Of a stretch of DNA of 64,000 nt, positions 1-12,400 are shown one piece after another; positions within the stretch are counted from its first letter, which is position 1, and each line of letters starts with the position of its first letter. Source of the stretch: Oopsacas minuta. Its lineage: Eukaryota; Animalia; Porifera. The notes under the pieces are model-generated. The model was not told the origin of the DNA, ran no database searches, and saw nothing but the letters and a program-made list of their open reading frames with translations. Location: the NCBI GenBank assembly GCA_024704765.1, contig JAKMXF010000088.1:496001-560000 (forward strand), written 5' to 3'. The translations under genes were made by a program, and so were the position numbers.

Positions 1-97
1 CCCTTTTCTATGAATCATTTCTGTTAATACAAAACTCCCTATATGATGCACAAAATTGTAAGCGTTGATTACAGACATTTATGGGTGAATGGAAATA

Positions 98-282
98 CAG
101 TCGACTCCGGTTAATCGGACCACTGGTTAATCGGACAATTCGGTTAATCGGACCATTTTCTCCTGGACGGAATCTAATCTAATCCAGGATTAATATTTAA
201 CATTTTTCGGTTAATCAGACACTCCGGATAATCGGACCACTTTACTCTGGACAAAAGTGGTCCGATTAACCGGAGTCGACTG
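98..282. mobile_element. Tc1/mariner-type MITE with a 27-bp perfect TIR
   Basis: TIR CAGTCGACTCCGGTTAATCGGACCACT, TA on both sides, internal repeats of GGTTAATCGGAC. Diverged relatives near 9860-9950, 10912-10990, 36143-36240 and 52715-52860. Confidence 0.9.
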
Positions 283-1166
283 TATTTCCTAATTAGCATC
301 TGCTGACATTTGAAATTTGTTGCGGGAAGCTTTTGATGCGTTGCAATTTATTGGTAGATTAATATGATTTCTCACAGGTTTTCCTAACTGCAATTAGACA
401 ATCATTGCGCCAGTCAGTAAATTTACATATTGCCAATTTTGTCATTTAGCAAAACAATCAAGGAGTAATTGGAATCTGGATATGGGTGTAGCCAGTGGAA
501 GTGGTTCTCCCGTTATAACAAAGTAATTCTTTCCCCTCTATAGCTTGAAAATAATTGATCTCACTCCGCTTACAAAGAAATACCGCTCCTAACGAAATGT
601 AACCGGCATGCTGAGCACTTCGTCATAACCAGAGTTTACTTTAAATATTCACATTTTTCCCATGTTTTGGACATAGTACAAGTTATTGGCACCTGCAGTT
701 ATACATGAATGAAGAATCACTTTAGTTTATACTTCTAATTGTATACTGAATTTTGAATATTGAACTTAGCATTGTGCCTTATTGCAGAATTGGATTCAGT
801 TTTGGTTTATTGAATTTATATTATTGTTGACGGAAAATAACATCAGTGTAATTATTTAAGGATTCGAAAGACAGGTTTCAGTGGAAGAAGAGTCCGAATC
901 TTAGAAGTTATCTATTGTATAATCTACATTTCAAATATCCTTATTCGAAACTACATTTACTAATCGTATGTCACACCACGAGCTATTTAATATGTTGTCT
1001 CATTTATTTCAAAATTAAGACAGTGAAACCTCGGCGTTCCTATTTTTCCGTTTGTGGATGTTACACTGTAGAAGGTCAGTTTGTATTTTTTACGAACTGG
1101 AAATTTTATTTGAGATATTTCATATTTTCTAAGCTTGAATTCCTTCAAATTTCCTTATGTTTTTAG

Positions 1167-1922
1167 GAGATTGATGTTAAACTGGAAATTATGCAAAAGT
1201 ACATGAATGACTCTATACTCTTCCTGAATCCGTTTGACTTAAGAATAGCACAATCTACTATAAAGAAATTACAAGCTGATTTAACTAAGGAACGAGAAAA
1301 ATACGCGCCGCGGAAAAAATTCGGTTTCAAATCCAGACAGAAACAGACACAAAATGGAGGACAAGTCCCCAAGAAGGAGCCTTCTGTGGTTGCTAAAATC
1401 TCTCCTGCGCCATTACCAGCAAGCAAAAACTCGTTTGTATTGAAAGACCGTAAAAATGAGAATATTATAATCACCCCAGAAGAAGTTTTCAACAAAGATT
1501 TGTTAATTCTAAATTTAGACAATTGTACACTTTACATACACAGCATCCCCGCTACAGTCCATATGACTAATATTACTAATTCTCAGATATCATTCGGGCC
1601 CGTTAAAACCTCAATCATGATACACGACTGTGTTAATACAAAGTTTTCCCTCGCTTGTCAGCAGCTACGTATACATACATCAGTAAAATGTGATTTCTAT
1701 ATACACGTAACGAGCCGAGCAATCATTGAAGATAGTTCAGGATTACGTTTTGCCCCTTTCACTAATACATATCCGAATTTACAAGATGATTATATGATAT
1801 CTGGGTTAGATGAGAAATTGAATAACTGGGCTATCGTGAATGATTTCAATTGGTTATCGAACAATGAAGCGTCGCCAAATTGGCGTATAATTCAAGAAGA
1901 TCAAAGGATGGCTTGGAAATAG
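1167..1922 (+). CDS. TBCC: Tubulin-specific chaperone C (main/3' exon; 5' exon(s) unresolved)
   Basis: Motif NDSILFLNPFDLR...PRKKFGFKSR followed by a C-CAP/cofactor-C beta-helix (VKTSIMIHDC, LACQQLRIH, IIEDS, NNWAIVNDFNWL). Acceptor TTTTAG ends at 1166, in frame with the ATG at 1191. Confidence 0.9.
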   Translation, partial: EIDVKLEIMQKYMNDSILFLNPFDLRIAQSTIKKLQADLTKEREKYAPRKKFGFKSRQKQTQNGGQVPKKEPSVVAKISPAPLPASKNSFVLKDRKNENIIITPEEVFNKDLLILNLDNCTLYIHSIPATVHMTNITNSQISFGPVKTSIMIHDCVNTKFSLACQQLRIHTSVKCDFYIHVTSRAIIEDSSGLRFAPFTNTYPNLQDDYMISGLDEKLNNWAIVNDFNWLSNNEASPNWRIIQEDQRMAWK

Positions 1923-2447
1923 GTTCTTTTGATGTTTGTAGATTAATTTGAATTGTTTTAATCAGTGATTATTAATATTTTATTGTTTGTTATCATATTA
2001 ATAGGAATTAACACGCATAAATATACATAGAAGTGTTGCGAAACTTCTTTTATTTAATTATAGTAATAATCGGATAATTAAATTGCAAAGTCGACTATTA
2101 CATCTAACTTTTATGATTTTTATTTTATTTTGGCTATAATTGAGTTCGCGACATTTCAATACTCAAAATTATAATGGAATTACAGATTGTAGCTTGAAAA
2201 TAGTTAAAAATTCTTGGAGAGTTTGCAATTATTCATTTTTTACGGAATAATCAACAAACAAATAGAATACGGCTGTATTGTAGGATTGTCTAATAAAAAT
2301 GAAGATTATGAAATAAAGGAAGTGTGCATTTTACGAATGGCGAGATTTTGTTCTACCGAACTCTTCCTTGACTACACAGGAATGCAGTTGATAGTATGAG
2401 AAATATCTTATTGTCTACCGAATGCTCGTATTAACCTCTTATTAACA

Positions 2448-2616
2448 CTACAATAAACTCACGTTATGTCCAAGTTGGATATAACGGAATTCACGTTATA
2501 ACAAAGTGATTCTCTACCCTCTATAGCTCGAAAGTAATTGAATTTACTCGCTTATAACGAAATGAACCGGGGTCCTGACTCCTGAGCACTGCGTTATAAC
2601 GAGAGGTAATTACTGT
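2448..2616. mobile_element. Degenerate TA-type MITE; second partial copy at ~510-640
   Basis: Shared internal sequence GTTATAACAAAGT.ATTCT...CCCCTCTATAGCT.GAAA.TAATTGA; imperfect terminal inverted repeats. Confidence 0.6.
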
Positions 2617-4308
2617 AGTAATTCCGTATGCGAATTTCCTTTACATTTCTATTACAAATACGCTTAATTAAATAATCTCAGTGTCTTTTGCTGATTAATT
2701 AATATACTGACAACTATAATTGGAAAAAATCTAATTTGATAATTGTATTAGAGTCATCACTGAAAACTTCGTCGGTACAACTTAAGTCCAATTATGATTA
2801 TAATACATTGCAACAAATTGGAAAATTGCTAAACACCTCTATCAAGGTGTAGTTCTATATGATAACATGCCAAAATAATTATAATTTCATTCTAACACCT
2901 TCCATGATTCTGAAAGTTTGTAGTAAAAGGCTAGGTTATTTAATCTATAATTACGTAACACTAATCATTAATAAGTCTTCATTGCAAAGTTATTTTTAGC
3001 ATATATTAAATCATTGTATTTATTTTTAGTAACTTTAAGGGAAGAAATATCTATTTATAGCTTGGAGCATTCAGAAATTCATTTAATTGACTACCCTCTT
3101 GGTAGATATATTTGTATATTCTTTTCCTACATCTTCTCTCTACAGTTGCAAGAGTAGTTAAAACGTGAGTAATTTGACTTTTGACCTGCTTTTAAGCAAT
3201 TTTATTTTGTATTTTCTGTAAGGACAGGTTTTATCTTTCCTGTCAGTCCCCGATTAAGCGGAAACAGAATGAAATTAGTTACTTCAATGGTCTTACATGA
3301 TATTTGTAATTTTATATTCTTTAAGCCTTGCAATCAAACTTGTATATCCTGTTTCATTTAAAACGTATTACCTCACAACATAGATATGTTTCCAGAACTA
3401 TCCATTCATATATGTTTCATGAATAGATTATCATTTATAATCTGTTGTCTCCCAATTGGACAGCACTCGCCTGTTTATTATATCCGTATTGAGTGATTGT
3501 ACGTAGGTATATTTCATTTTGTCCACAGAAAATATCTACGAGATGTGTGGGTAGTAGATTATCCTTATCTAATGACATCTTAAACCTGTATCGTAGTCAT
3601 TTATGAGTCTATTTCTAATTTGTGACGTACATGTATACCTTATCAATTATATGTAATTGTTATTTTGCTTAAGGCCATGTGACGAGTTCACCATTTCTCA
3701 CTTTAGAGAAAATACGTTAGATTATGAATGAATTAAAAATCTATAGGGGCACTACGTACATGTGTTTTGTATTGTGAGTAATGTAGGTCAGAAGATTCAA
3801 GCAGAATTAACTAATATTTCTCGGACAAATTCTTTCTAATTAATATCGGGATTAAATAGCTACTAGTTACTCATTTATAATCATCTACATATATTTTGTA
3901 CGTAATACACCCTCATAGATGTTTATCCACGCTTGGTGCTACTAGGATCAATCGATAAAATTTGGTGCTATTCGAAAGATCACCATTTTAATAATCAGGA
4001 TTGGGCTCTGTAATTTTTCTAAAATACAGAGTTCGCCCATTACAAGTCGTATTTTGCACGAATTTCCCATACTAATACGCAAACTTGCTAATAGACGAAT
4101 ACTACAGCATCCCGATGCCTTCACATCTAACGTCCTACTCAAATATTTGAGACAAATAATGAGGGAACTTAATTCTTCACACTTATTTTGTTAACTTTTT
4201 GATTGCAGTTATTCGATTATTAATATACAGCTATAATGCATTGATTGATTGTACAGCAACAAGTTTAGGCAAAAGCAAGCGATAATTAAATGAATATATT
4301 ATACAAAA

Positions 4309-5625
4309 TTACATTGAAGTACCAAGATTTTGAGCCATGATATCCTGTAGGAATTTAGAATCGGCTTTCAGTGCTGTTACCCACATTCTTATCTTGTTCA
4401 TATGGTCATTGTACTCGCTATTATAAGAGATCAGTTCATTGAATAATTCTTGCCATTCGTTGTCCAAATTCCTAACCTCCTTTTGTGTTTCTGAGAATTT
4501 ACTGACGAATGTAGCCCACTCTGTCTTGGTTAAAATCTTGTCCTCGTTATAGTATCTTTTCTCTAATTCTTTGAGTTTTATTTGTTGTGCGACAGTTCTG
4601 CTTTCGAGTGAAATAATTTGGAAATCGTTTGAATTTAAAATAGTGCTGTTTGTTTTTGCAAGTGGCCTCTTTTCAAGCAAGTTCTCAGTAGAATAGCTTC
4701 TCACTTCTTTTTGCATATACTCTGGGAATCTCTGTTTCGATTCAACTTGTCTAGCCCGTGTCCTGATAGGCTCGTTTCTTGTTCGTGTTAAAGAATTTGT
4801 ATCACAAATACTTCTTCCACCGACGCTAATATTAGTTCTATACATTCCAAATGCTGAGCTTGATCTTCCTGGATTTGTGTCTATATTTCGTTGCCATCTG
4901 TCCTGATCTCGAGGCATGATGTCATTTAGAGATTTCTTTTTACCGTACATAGCTCCTGTGATAGCTGGATTCACCCTGGGGTAATAATTCTCCTTTTCAT
5001 ATTGTCTATACTTCTTCGTTGCTACACCAGCACTCAATGTTTTTACTATATGAGATGGCTGTGGATGTCGTGTATAATTATTACGTTCTACTGTAGGTAT
5101 GTATGGTGAATATATACCATTGGATGTTTTTGGGCGTTCTATTCTTTCTGTGGATCTGGTTGGCTCTTCGATGTTTTGTGAATAATTATATTGTGGTTGT
5201 GTTTCGGCGAGGTAGTTGTCAGGTGTCCCAGCTCGCACGCGTCGCGTTTCGGGGACAATTGGCACGTAAATTTTATTGAGTCGACGGTTATCGTATGATG
5301 CGCTGCTGCGTAGGACTCCCCTATTGATAACGGCATTTACAATGTTCTCGCTGGACTTGGATTTTACCGGTTCAAATTGACAATTATTCTTCATCTCTGT
5401 GTTCTCTTCTGGATTTGAAACACTTCTCTGGTGAATTGATTTCTTCATCATTTTCTTTTTCCTCATTCGCTTGATGCTTTCTTCCAGAAAAGTTAGTTTA
5501 TTTCTAATCTCTCTTTCCATATCTCCCAATATTTTAATTTCATGCTCTTGTCTCTTTCGAATTAGTTCATTCTCATGTTCACTGCTCATGTTGAACTCCT
5601 CTACCTCGTTTGAATATACGCTCAT
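4309..5625 (-). CDS. Uncharacterised intronless 438-aa protein with N- and C-terminal coiled coils and a low-complexity middle
   Basis: Long ORF with a real ATG; heptad-like E/K/R/L-rich ends; no family recognised. Confidence 0.75.
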   Translation of the reverse strand: MSVYSNEVEEFNMSSEHENELIRKRQEHEIKILGDMEREIRNKLTFLEESIKRMRKKKMMKKSIHQRSVSNPEENTEMKNNCQFEPVKSKSSENIVNAVINRGVLRSSASYDNRRLNKIYVPIVPETRRVRAGTPDNYLAETQPQYNYSQNIEEPTRSTERIERPKTSNGIYSPYIPTVERNNYTRHPQPSHIVKTLSAGVATKKYRQYEKENYYPRVNPAITGAMYGKKKSLNDIMPRDQDRWQRNIDTNPGRSSSAFGMYRTNISVGGRSICDTNSLTRTRNEPIRTRARQVESKQRFPEYMQKEVRSYSTENLLEKRPLAKTNSTILNSNDFQIISLESRTVAQQIKLKELEKRYYNEDKILTKTEWATFVSKFSETQKEVRNLDNEWQELFNELISYNSEYNDHMNKIRMWVTALKADSKFLQDIMAQNLGTSM

Positions 5626-5957
5626 TTTATCTATTCTGATTTACTCTAGCAAAAGCCCTGTATTTATACTACCAGTTATATTGTATTGATTCTATGTTGA
5701 AATTCAAATGTATCTTAGAACCATCATAAGATCTCGATTTTCAATCTGGCCTAAGAAATGGTTTGATAATTATAACAGTCCTTTATTGAGAATTGTGGCA
5801 TTCAATTATTCGCGTTGGTGATGAATTAATTTGTATTTCGTTTGGATTAATGTTGCGTCATCATCAAATCATGTAATATACATTCTTGTATTAGTTATCA
5901 CATATATGATATTTGTATTATGCATATGAATTGGTATAGAAATTTGGAAGACATTTC

Positions 5958-6110
5958 CAGGGCTCTCACTCTCACGATTTTGGTATATACTTACTAGAGA
6001 ATCCTTTGTTTTTTCATAGAAAAACGATTGAAAATCGTACATTTCACAATTGAATTGCGAGATTTTTCACGAATCTAACGATTTTGATATTTTTCAGGTT
6101 TAGAGCCCTG
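5958..6110. mobile_element. Small element with 9-bp TIR CAGGGCTCT (hAT-like ends)
   Basis: Perfect 9-bp TIR, flanked by direct repeat CATTTC. Confidence 0.55.
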
Positions 6111-6605
6111 CATTTCACCCTCTGAATAATTGGAGTAGAAATCAAAGTAGACAGACAATCATAATATCTCTTAAATCTCAATTTTAATTCACTGTTTTTA
6201 GGTATTCAAGGAGAAATTTGGTTCGTTTCGATTGGTATAGGTGAAAGGCAGTCCTCTCCTTTATAAATTGATGTACAATAATTAATAATTATTAATTTGG
6301 GGTTGAGAGTGAATTTAATTCGATTATCACATGTCTAGTATTATTCAAAGGTTCATATATTATTGTCCAGTATTATTATGATATCTCCTATTTTAACCTT
6401 GAAGGAAATTATTGAATGTTTGTGTGTTAGCATGGTTTCAAATAATCTTACACTATCCTGTAAGAATTGTGTCATAACTTACAGAATTTCAACCGAATAC
6501 ACTCAAACTCCACTTAAATGTAGTAAAGTTTATCGTTATTGAAAGTTGAAAATTCAGGTGTTTTATGGAAATTTTTTTAGATTTGTAATAATTTTGTGTA
6601 CTAAA

Positions 6606-8192
6606 ATGACTTCAACTGAACCTAAAAGCAAGATATGGGGCGGTCCCCAGACAACACATATGGAACCATTTTCCCTTGCTGATGTAATGACAGAACAATT
6701 AGTCGATCATTTACAGGTTGAAGATGATGCAAAATTCGCGAGATTTATATCTGATGACAACCTAACAACCAATACCTCCTCTGAGAATGCAGTTACAAAT
6801 CCAGATGTTGAGAATTCAGATTTTATGATTGCTCAAATGATGCAATTGGAATTTGAGCAAGAAAGAGACGAATCAATTCGCCTTTATGAGAAGTCTAAAA
6901 ACGCCGATAAGAAAATTACCCTCTCTTACCAGAATTATAGAACTACAGATCATTTACTGTCGGAACATGATTTTGAAGACCAAAACCAAGACCTCGATTC
7001 TGAAATCAGGAATGAGAAGAACCAAGGTGTAACCCCCTCTAAAGGGAAAAAGAAAAAGCGTTCTGCGAAAATTGATACCACAAAACACGATCCATCTATT
7101 TGTGGTAGGAAAAATGTTTCAAATACGCAGGATTTTCCTGTAGACTTTACCTCCGGTGATTTGTACGATACCAAATACGATTTTCAGTTGAATAACCGTG
7201 TTTATAACGAACTCAAACAGTTCTCACATAAAGACAAGAAGCGATATGCTAAAATTAAAGACAATGAAGTATTCGCTACTCAAGATTTAGCTGTTGACGA
7301 ACGCACGCGGGTAACTTTATTTAAACTTATAGATAATGGAACTTTCACTGAAGTAACTGGAATTGTAGCTACAGGCAAAGAGGCAGTAATTCTCCACGCA
7401 TCTGGGGGAATACATGGTGAAGTATCTATACCCAAAGAAGTTGCTATTAAAATATTCAAGACAACACTGATTGAGTTCAAATCCCGTGAGAAATACATTA
7501 AAGATGATTACAGGTTTAAAAGTAGATTGAGACACTCGAATCCGCGAAAATTGATCGCTGCATGGGTTGAGAAAGAAATGCATAACTTGAAACGGTTAGA
7601 AAAGTTTCAAATTCCATGTCCGCATGTAGTTTTACATAAAAATAATGCGATTATTATGGATTTCATTGGCTCGAATCGTGAAGCAGCCCCGCAATTGAGA
7701 AACGCGGTTCTCAACGCCGATCAATTGAAATCTGCTTATGAACAGTGTTTAGACTGCATGCGAAAGATGTACAAGGAAGCTCACCTTATCCACGCCGATT
7801 TAAGCGAATATAATCTTTTATGGCATGACGATATTCTGTACTTTATCGATGTGAGTCAATCAATCGAACCTTCACACCCTAATGCACATTTCTTCTTACA
7901 TAGAGATTGTACAAACATTGCAAACTTCTTTTCCCAGAAAAAATTGCCTGCAACTCTAAATGCAATAGAGCTTTTCAACTTTGTAACTGATATGAATGTA
8001 AGTGAAGAAGGACTAGATGCAGTGCTACTTACTTTAGACAATACACTGGAGAAATCTAAGATGGACCATCCAGATTACCAACCACATACACGGTCATTTG
8101 ATTATCTTCATGAATTTTCCCAGAGAAATCAAATAGATAGTGAGTCAAGTGAATGGGAGAGTGATTGTAGTGATGGTGATGATGAAAATTAG
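6606..8192 (+). CDS. RIOK3: Atypical Ser/Thr kinase RIO3, intronless
   Basis: RIO3 N-terminus (FSLADVMTEQL, DFMIAQMMQLEF), RIO domain (TGKEAVILHA, AIKIFKT, LIHADLSEYNLL, IDVSQS) and acidic tail. First ATG is 6606; the ORF track starts at a TTG. Confidence 0.93.
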   Translation: MTSTEPKSKIWGGPQTTHMEPFSLADVMTEQLVDHLQVEDDAKFARFISDDNLTTNTSSENAVTNPDVENSDFMIAQMMQLEFEQERDESIRLYEKSKNADKKITLSYQNYRTTDHLLSEHDFEDQNQDLDSEIRNEKNQGVTPSKGKKKKRSAKIDTTKHDPSICGRKNVSNTQDFPVDFTSGDLYDTKYDFQLNNRVYNELKQFSHKDKKRYAKIKDNEVFATQDLAVDERTRVTLFKLIDNGTFTEVTGIVATGKEAVILHASGGIHGEVSIPKEVAIKIFKTTLIEFKSREKYIKDDYRFKSRLRHSNPRKLIAAWVEKEMHNLKRLEKFQIPCPHVVLHKNNAIIMDFIGSNREAAPQLRNAVLNADQLKSAYEQCLDCMRKMYKEAHLIHADLSEYNLLWHDDILYFIDVSQSIEPSHPNAHFFLHRDCTNIANFFSQKKLPATLNAIELFNFVTDMNVSEEGLDAVLLTLDNTLEKSKMDHPDYQPHTRSFDYLHEFSQRNQIDSESSEWESDCSDGDDEN

Positions 8193-8645
8193 TAAATTTT
8201 ATTGTCTGTTGTTTGTTTATTACCATATTTAGCTAATATTCAGTTATACATAATCAAATCTAATTTTAGGTATACTTTCTAATTATTTTGTTAGATCATA
8301 TTATTATAAACTAATTAACAAACTAATATTAGTTCTGATTTGATTTTGCATATTATTTAATACACAAATGATGATAAATAACAGTAAACAGATAATCGAT
8401 CCACATATGTATATGTAGACGACTCTGTTTAGCTGTTAAACGATAGTTTCAGTCAGTTTTCCCAATAAATGAAGGTCTTGATCAACTCAAATATTTGTAT
8501 TTTGAGAATCCAGGGATATAATGCGAAAATTCTCTGCCTTTTTATGCCCATACTTGCCTGAAACTGCTATTTTTGGATGCAAGCTTGGAAACCAGGGAAC
8601 TATTATGCGGAGTTGGTAAATCTGATTATTTCAATCCGCTATGGC

Positions 8646-8762
8646 CAGAGGGGCGGATAGATTATAGACTATGGATGTCCTGGATTTCGGATTTATGGTT
8701 ATGTGGGAAATGGATTATAGATTGGATTATTGTGTATGATTTAGATCCATCCTGCCCCTCTG
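8646..8762. mobile_element. hAT-like MITE
   Basis: TIR CAGAGGGGC(A)GGAT; flanks GCTATGGC/GCTATAAC match 6 of 8. Confidence 0.55.
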
Positions 8763-9442
8763 GCTATAACTGAATCCTTCCAGAAAACTGTTACAATTAA
8801 GCTGAGTAACACAACCAAATACTCAAGGATTCATTTCATTCAATATTTTCACATGAGAACCCTGTTTATCCAATTTTAATTGATCTAATGTTTCTCAATT
8901 CTTGAACCTAAATTCGCCACTAATCATAATTTCCTCACAATAAGGTGTGAAAAATGGTACGAATAATCATATGAATAATTGTTAATACAAGTTTTCTCAC
9001 GCTCAGTCCGTCAGTAACGGATTTCCATTGAAATCTTAGTAGATTAATGAATATCTTAAAGTTAATTATACGAATAACGTTATAGATATAACATATGGCA
9101 GATAATAAGATAATTATTACTCAATTATTGCAGGTTTCTGACATCAGTGTTTTACGTAGCGCTTGAATTTGTAAAGAGTGATTTTGATGCTAGGAATTAC
9201 CCTTAATTAATCTGTGAAAACTATAGAATTAGCGACAGGATTCGTTCTAGCAGCCACAAATGATATTATCAATCTCGTAATTGGCATTTCCAATACAACA
9301 TGGAACACCCACATACTATGAACCCCCGTTATGTCTAACACGGATATATCGAAGTGTGAAATTGTACAAATATGGTCCCTTGAGCTTCGATATAACGGAA
9401 GTTTCTTGTGATAATTATTAGACTACAGCATATTCTGTTATT

Positions 9443-12400
9443 ATGTCTTATGATGAAGATTTGTCTCGTAATCCAATATTCCAAAGATTGGAGTCCAAAT
9501 TCCCAACTCTTTTAGCAGAGGCCCCGTTTAAATCATTCCTATTTTGTATTCCTAAGAATGCAATTGCTCAGGAAATTGACATACAAGATGGAGACATTCT
9601 TAACTACGTTTTAAAACCTTTGAATTCTTCCCCAGAATCTGGGATACAATCGTACCAGACTCTAACTAAGAAACGGGTTGAAGTTAGAGGAAGGAATTTA
9701 CATTTAAAACAAGGATTCCCTGAAGCAAGGATAGCCAGGATATTATTTGAAGAAACGTTCTATAATATTGAAGATAAGTCTTATCAAGTGCTGTGCGTTG
9801 ATCAACCTTTTGAAGGTGAATTGATTGATTTAATAATATACACTATGGATATGGCGTAGTAACTCAATAGAGGGGCGGCTGGTCTATCAAGTTACTTCGG
9901 GTCAAAATGGCTTGGTCCCGAAGTCAGCCTATTAAGTGGAGCCTACTGTCTTTGCAAATAGGATTATTACGGTAGAACTCGGGTAATACGTACTACTGTA
10001 AATTTCTTTGTTTCTGCTTAATATTTAGGTAAACCTACAAGCCAAGTAATCCTGCAACCAGAAGAGCTTCTAGATCCCAATGAGTGCTACAAGTTCCTAA
10101 CCGTAGGAGGAGGACAAAACATCATCGGGATAGAGAACTATATCCAGATGGAACTGTCAAACTTTTTACACTTGTCAAGATTCAGACAGGGGGTTTCACT
10201 ACGTCATATGTTAGACATGGTGTCTGCAGTTATCACTCGATTAGTAATGATTTGTCTCAAATATTCAGCTATACATAGAAAGTACTGTGAAGATAAGAGT
10301 TATATTGATATACTGAGATTAGCGGTAGAGAATGTTGTATATTTTGAGGTGAGTTATACCTGTATAACTAACAGAATTTTAATAATTGAGTTTTATTAAT
10401 CATTGTATGAGTTCTTGAGTTTGCTCTTGTAAAAATCGGTTGATAAATATGCAATTATTTGAATATATTTGGTAGATTTATCCCAAGCTATTTAAAGTCG
10501 TATGTGGATTGGTATCCAAAGAAGACGGAGAGCTCAATAAAGTAACACGCAATCTAGCTCATATAGAAGCTACTGACCTAGAAATTAAATCTCAATTTTG
10601 TTTCAACTTCCCTAAAGCAAAGAGAGAGCTAGCTAAAATGACGTCATTACGTACTCCTTATCAGAAACTATGGTGTATGCATGAAACCTTTCAGATTCTA
10701 TCACAACCTACTCCACACTCTAATGTAATTATGTTACACTCAACTCCTGTTATAACGAAGCTCAAGGAACCGCGATAATTGCTTCGATATAAAGGGAGAT
10801 GATTGTGTTCATATGAGTATTATCATAGTTTTGTGAGCTTTTTTGAGTTATGAGAAATTTCAGTGATGAAATTCTAATGAATAACTGAAAATGTAATTTG
10901 TGGCAAACAGATGTAGTAGACTACGCTTAATTAATAGACCCGCTGGTTAATCGGGTCATTTGTCTAAAACAAAACCAAGAAAGCTATAGTAACGATTATG
11001 TACTTTAGGAATGCATCAATATATCCAATAGGAACCAATGAATGCAGATGATATCCTCCCTCTCCTTGTGCTACTAATAATACACTCAGACATAGCCTGT
11101 TGGTATGGTAACATAAGCTTTATGGAGAATTTCTATCTATCTCCTCTTGACAAAGAGAAATACAAATATTGTATTAGCTCTGTAGAAGCTGCTGTTGAGT
11201 TCTTACGGTCTGGCAACCTTAAGATTGATAGATTTAGAAAGGCTTTGTTTATACAGGTAGTTATACTAATGAGAGAATTGGTAGATTAAACCTTACTGCT
11301 GGAAAAATTTGGAATTGATGAATATCAAAAAAGTGTAAAATGCGAGATCTTGGTGGGAATTTAATAAAACGGATCCAAGATTTTTTGGGACACTTAGTTT
11401 CTCTTGATGAGCCGATACAACTGCGTACACCCGAGAGTTGCACAGTCAAATTCATGTACGTCAGCGGTTCCTAACCTTTTTCACCCGATAGTACCAATTT
11501 GATTACATTCTTGTGGGACCCCTTCCATAAACTGCAATACATTTTTGAGACCCTGTGGATTCCCTGCTGTCGTCCGTGGACCACCAAGGGGTCCATGAAC
11601 CCCAGTTTGGGAACCACTGGTATCCGTATTGTCCATTATTTCATTTAATCGCAACCGTATTTGTAGAATGAAGGTACTCAAGTAACTCAAAAGAATACAA
11701 CTACAGAGTGTAGTATTGATAATTTCTTTGAATTAATATATCAAGATAACTTTTCAAAAATTCAGGATACATTAGATTCACTTCAGAATTCTCATTTAAA
11801 GGAATTATGTCACCCGTTATGTACATGTGACAGGTGTCAAACTCATTTAGCAACGGCTCATAGTCATAGAAATGTTGGAGCTGTTACTCTGTGTTCTTGT
11901 GATGATTGGGGACGGGGCCCTCTACATATAGCTGCCCTGGTTGGAAATGAGAAGGTGATGGAGCTACTGCTTAACTACGGAGCTCAGGTTAGGAATGCTA
12001 GATTACATAACTACAGTTAACTCCAGTTATATCGAAGCTTAAGGGATCGCGAAAATTCCTTCGATAAAACCGATGATATTGATTGTTTGGGACCAAATTT
12101 GTACAAGTTCAGACTTCGATGTTACTGGAGTTGACTGTATTTATTTTTGTAGCCAATTTCTCAAGATTACCATGGTAGCAGTCCGTTACACATGGCATGT
12201 CAGAAAGGACATATTAAAGCTACTATGCTTCTAGTGGATAGAGGGGCTCCCACTAATCTACAGGATAACTCAGGGAATACACCATTACATCTGGGTATGT
12301 AACATCTTGTAAATACATTTGCACAGTTGTTCCCAACCTTTATTCTCCCATGATCTATCTCAATTCACTCAATACTTTAACTTGTTCATTTATTGTAGCT

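Noticed and set aside
935-942. Perfect U12 donor ATATCCTT upstream of TBCC
   Set aside because: No upstream reading frame joins in phase 0 to 1167 without a stop, and I found no convincing AC acceptor. The TBCC 5' structure is left unresolved.
8573-8773. 66-aa Trp-rich ORF
   Set aside because: Mostly lies within a small TIR element; non-ATG start; no recognisable protein features.
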